Assembly (NCBI GenBank): GCA_051530055.1
Contig: JBMGUZ010000037.1
Span: 1-25,474, forward strand
DNA from: Neoechinorhynchus agilis
Taxonomy: Eukaryota > Animalia > Acanthocephala
Direction: 5' to 3'
Length of the DNA: 25,474 nucleotides
Positions within the stretch are counted from its first letter, which is position 1. Every line of letters starts with the position of its first letter. Made by a program: the position numbers and the translations under genes. Below, one piece after another: positions 21,669 through 25,474 of the stretch. Below the pieces are notes generated by a model. It was not told the DNA's origin. It did no database searches and saw nothing but the letters and a program-made list of their open reading frames with translations.

Positions 21669-24600
21669 TTACAAAATAGAGGAGAAGCGGCCTAAAATCG
21701 TAGCTTTTCTCATGGGCTCTTCGCCGACGTTTGTACCATTTGTAATCCCCGCCCAGTTAAAGATCTTAAACCTTTGGATTGCCTTTTCCGTTCGGGTGGG
21801 ACTATCCAGTCGAGGGAGGTTCGTTGGGGTGGGAACGTGTCCGTACGTTTGAGAATATCCGGTCAGGTTGGAAGGCCGGTACTGGTGGTAATGTCTGGTC
21901 TGTGGGATGTCTATTCGAGTGGGACTATTCAGTCGAGGGAGGCTCGTTGGGGTGGGAACGTGTCCGTACGTTTGAGAATATCGGTCAGGTTGGAAGGCCG
22001 GTACTGGTGGTAATGTCTGGTCTGTGGGATGTCTATTCGAGTGGGACTATTCAGTCGAGGGAGGCTCGTTCGGGTGGGACTATCCAGTCGAAGGAGGTTC
22101 GTTCGGGTGGGAACGTGTCGTACGTTTGAGAATATCCGGTCAGGTTGGAAGGCCGGTACTGGTGGTAATGTCTGGTCTGTGGGATGTCTATTCGAGTGGG
22201 ACTATTCAGTCGAGGGAGGCTCGTTCGGGTGGGACTATCCAGTCGAGGGAGGTTCGTTGGGGTGGGAACGTGTCCGTACGTTTGAGAATATCCGGTCAGG
22301 TTGGAAGGCCGGTACTGGTGGTAATGTCTGGTCTGTGGGATGTCTATTCGAGTGGGACTATTCAGTCGAGGGAGGCTCGTTCGGGTGGGACTATCCAGTC
22401 GAGGGAGGTTCGTTGGGGTGGGAACGTGTCCGTACGTTTGAGAATATCCGGTCAGGTTGGAAGGCCGGTACTGGTGGTAATGTCTGGTCTGTGGGATGTC
22501 TATTCGAGTGGGACTATTCAGTCGAGGGAGGCTCGTTGGGGTGGGAACGTGTCCGTACGTTTGAGAATATCCGGTCAGGTTGGAAGGCCGGTACTGGTGG
22601 TAATGTCTGGTCTGTGGGATGTCTATTCGAGTGGGACTATTCAGTCGAGGGCTCGTTCGGGTGGGACTATCCAGTAGAAGGGTTCGTTCGGGTGAGAACG
22701 TGTCCGTACGTTTGAGAATATCCGGTCAGGTTGGAAGGCCGGTACTGGTGGTAATGTCTGGTCTGTGGGATGTCTATTCGAGTGGGACTATTCAGTCGAG
22801 GGAGGCTCGTTCGGGTGGGACTATCCAGTCGAGGGAGGTTCGTTGGGGTGGGAACGTGTCCGTACGTTTGAGAATATCCGGTCAGGTTGGAAGGCCGGTA
22901 CTGGTGGTAATGTCTGGTCTGTGGGATGTCTATTCGAGTGGGACTATTCAGTCGAGGGAGGCTCGTTCGGGTGGGACTATCCAGTCGAGGGAGGTTCGTT
23001 GGGGTGGGAACGTGTCCGTACGTTTGAGAATATCCGGTCAGGTTGGAAGGCCGGTACTGGTGGTAATGTCTGGTCGGAGGGATGTCTATTCGAGTGGGAC
23101 TATTCAGTCGAGGGAGGTTCGTTCGGGTGGGAACGTGTCCGTACGTTTGAGAATATCCGGTCAGGTTGGAAGGCCGGTACTGGTGGTAATGTCTGGTCTG
23201 TGGGATGTCTATTCGAGTGGGACTATTCAGTCGAGGGAGGCTCGTTCGGGTGGGACTATCCAGTCGAGGGAGGTTCGTTGGGGTGGGAACGTGTCCGTAC
23301 GTTTGAGAATATCCGGTCAGGTTGGAAGGCCGGTACTGGTGGTAATGTCTGGTCTGTGGGATGTCTATTCGAGTGGGACTATTCAGTCGAGGGAGGCTCG
23401 TTCGGGTGGGACTATCCAGTCGAGGGAGGTTCGTTGGGGTGGGAACGTGTCCGTACGTTTGAGAATATCCGGTCAGGTTGGAAGGCCGGTACTGGTGGTA
23501 ATGTCTGGTCTGTGGGATGTCTATTCGAGTGGGACTATTCAGTCGAGGGAGGCTCGTTCGGGGGACTATCCAGTCGAGGGAGGTTCGTTGGGGTGGGAAT
23601 GTCCGTACGTTTGAGAATATCCGGTCAGGTTGGAAGGCCGGTACTGGTGGTAATGTCTGGTCTGTGGGATGTCTATTCGAGTGGGACTATTCAGTCGAGG
23701 GAGGCTCGTTCGGGTGGGACTATCCAGTCGAGGGAGGTTCGTTGGGGTGGGAACGTGTCCGTACGTTTGAGAATATCCGGTCAGGTTGGAAGGCCGGTAC
23801 TGGTGGTAATGTCTGGTCTGTGGGATGTCTATTCGAGTGGGACTATTCAGTCGAGGGAGGCTCGTTTGGGTGGGAACGTGTCCGTACGTTTGAGAATATC
23901 CGGTCAGGTTGGAAGGCCGGTACTGGTGGTAATGTCTGGTCGGAGGGATGTCTATTCGAGTGGGACTATTCAGTCAGGGAGGCTCGTTCGGGTGGGACTA
24001 TCCAGTAGAGGGAGGTTCGTTCGGGTGAGAATGTGTCCGTACGTTTGAGAATATCCGGTCAGGTTGGAAGGCCGGTACTGGTGGTAATGTCTGGTCTGTG
24101 GGATGTCTATTCGAGTGGGACTATTCAGTCGAGGGAGGCTCGTTCGGGTGGGACTATCCAGTCGAGGGAGGTTCGTTGGGGTGGGAACGTGTCCGTACGT
24201 TTGAGAATATCCGGTCAGGTTGGAAGGCCGGTACTGGTGGTAATGTCTGGTCTGTGGGATGTCTATTCGAGTGGGACTATTCAGTCGAGGGAGGCTCGTT
24301 CGGGTGGGACTATCCAGTCGAGGGAGGTTCGTTGGGGTGGGAACGTGTCCGTACGTTTGAGAATATCCGGTCAGGTTGGAAGGCCGGTACTGGTGGTAAT
24401 GTCTGGTCTGTGGGATGTCTATTCGAGTGGGACTATTCAGTCGAGGGAGGCTCGTTGGGGTGGGAACGTGTCCGTACGTTTGAGAATATCCGGTCAGGTT
24501 GGAAGGCCGGTACTGGTGGTAATGTCTGGTCTGTGGGATGTCTATTCGAGTGGGACTATTCAGTCAAGGGAGGCTCGTTCGGGTGGGACTATCCAGTAGA

Positions 24601-25474
24601 AGGAGGTTCGTTCGGGTGAGAATGTGTCCGTACGTTTGAGAATATCCGGTCAGGTTGGAAGGCCGGTACTGGTGGTAATGTCTGGTCTGTGGGATGTCTA
24701 TTCGAGTGGGACTATTCAGTCGAGGGAGGCTCGTTCGGGTGGGACTATCCAGTCGAGGGAGGTTCGTTGGGGTGGGAACGTGTCCGTACGTTTGAGAATA
24801 TCCGGTCAGGTTGGAAGGCCGGTACTGGTGGTAATGTCTGGTCTGTGGGATGTCTATTCGAGTGGGACTATCCAGTCGAGGGAGGTTCGTTGGGGTGGGA
24901 ACGTGTCCGTACGTTTGAGAATATCCGGTCAGGTTGGAAGGCCGGTACTGGTGGTAATGTCTGGTCTGTGGGATGTCTATTCGAGTGGGACTATTCAGTC
25001 GAGGGAGGCTCGTTCGGGTGGGACTATCCAGTAGAAGGAGGTTCGTTCGGGTGAGAACGTGTCCGTACGTTTGAGAATATCCGGTCAGGTTGGAAGGCCG
25101 GTACTGGTGGTAATGTCTGGTCTGTGGGATGTCTATTCGAGTGGGACTATTCAGTCGAGGGAGGCTCGTTGGGGTGGGAACGTGTCCGTACGTTTGAGAA
25201 TATCCGGTCAGGTTGGAAGGCCGGTACTGGTGGTAATGTCTGGTCTGTGGGATGTCTATTCGAGTGGGACTATTCAGTCGAGGGAGGCTCGTTCGGGTGG
25301 GACTATCCAGTAGAGGGAGGTTCGTTCGGGTGAGAATGTGTCCGTACGTTTGAGAATATCCGGTCAGGTTGGAAGGCCGGTACTGGTGGTAATGTCTGGT
25401 CTGTGGGATGTCTATTCGAGTGGGACTATTCAGTCGAGGGAGGCTCGTTCGGGTGGGACTATCCAGTAGAAGGA
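21669..25474 (-). CDS. Putative 3' coding exon of a repetitive Pro/Thr/Ser/Arg-rich protein (start lies beyond the window)
   Basis: The minus frame reads (GYSQTYGHVPTPTNLPRLDSPTRTSLPRLNSPTRIDIPQTRHYHQYRPSNLT)n, then EKAIQRFKIFNWAGITNGTNVGEEPMRKATILGRFSSIL* (TAA 21669-21671). Against: several 1-2 nt deletions between 21980 and 23980, and one TGA at 24564-24566. Confidence 0.4.
21787..25474. repeat. GC-rich tandem array of 156-bp and 123-bp units (90 bp plus one or two 33-bp subrepeats), running off the window
   Basis: gtttgagaatatccggtcagg recurs at 156- or 123-bp spacing. The subrepeat is g(a/g)gtgggactat(t/c)cagtcgagggagg(c/t)tcgtt(c/g). Confidence 0.98.

Noticed and set aside
21774-25333. 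Plus-strand ORFs listed across the terminal array
   Set aside because: They are by-products of the triplet-length unit. Both frames are repeatedly stopped by recurring variants (cagTAG, gggTGA), and most use alternative starts inside repeats.

Overview
Gene-dense eukaryotic DNA, most likely from a fast-evolving invertebrate animal. The basis is short GT-AG introns (mostly 45-55 nt), the standard genetic code, and metazoan-type HSP90 and SID-1-family genes; I cannot name the species. Recognisable genes are a SID-1/SIDT family membrane protein (+), ESCRT-III CHMP1/Did2 (-), KRI1 (-), a spliced fused phosphonopyruvate decarboxylase (-), a TOM6-like small protein (-) and cytosolic HSP90 with no intron in the CDS (+). 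There is also one orphan Q/Y/P-rich ORF and two degenerate CR1/L2-like LINE fragments. About 35% of the window is four homogeneous tandem arrays. (1) 129/132-bp units that copy the CHMP1 start codon region. (2) Eight hairpin-plus-spacer units filling a 2.6-kb intron of the decarboxylase. (3) ~193-bp units between the divergent TOM6-like and HSP90 genes. (4) A >3.7-kb array of 156/123-bp units whose minus strand, missed by the ORF track, reads as SPTR-motif repeats running in frame into a unique C-terminus. Several short inverted-repeat (MITE-like) elements are also present. I see no CRISPR, rRNA or tRNA. No new biological system is proven; the best candidates are the possibly coding array and the pattern of local tandem amplification at genes. 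Exon boundaries were inferred by eye and need RNA confirmation.
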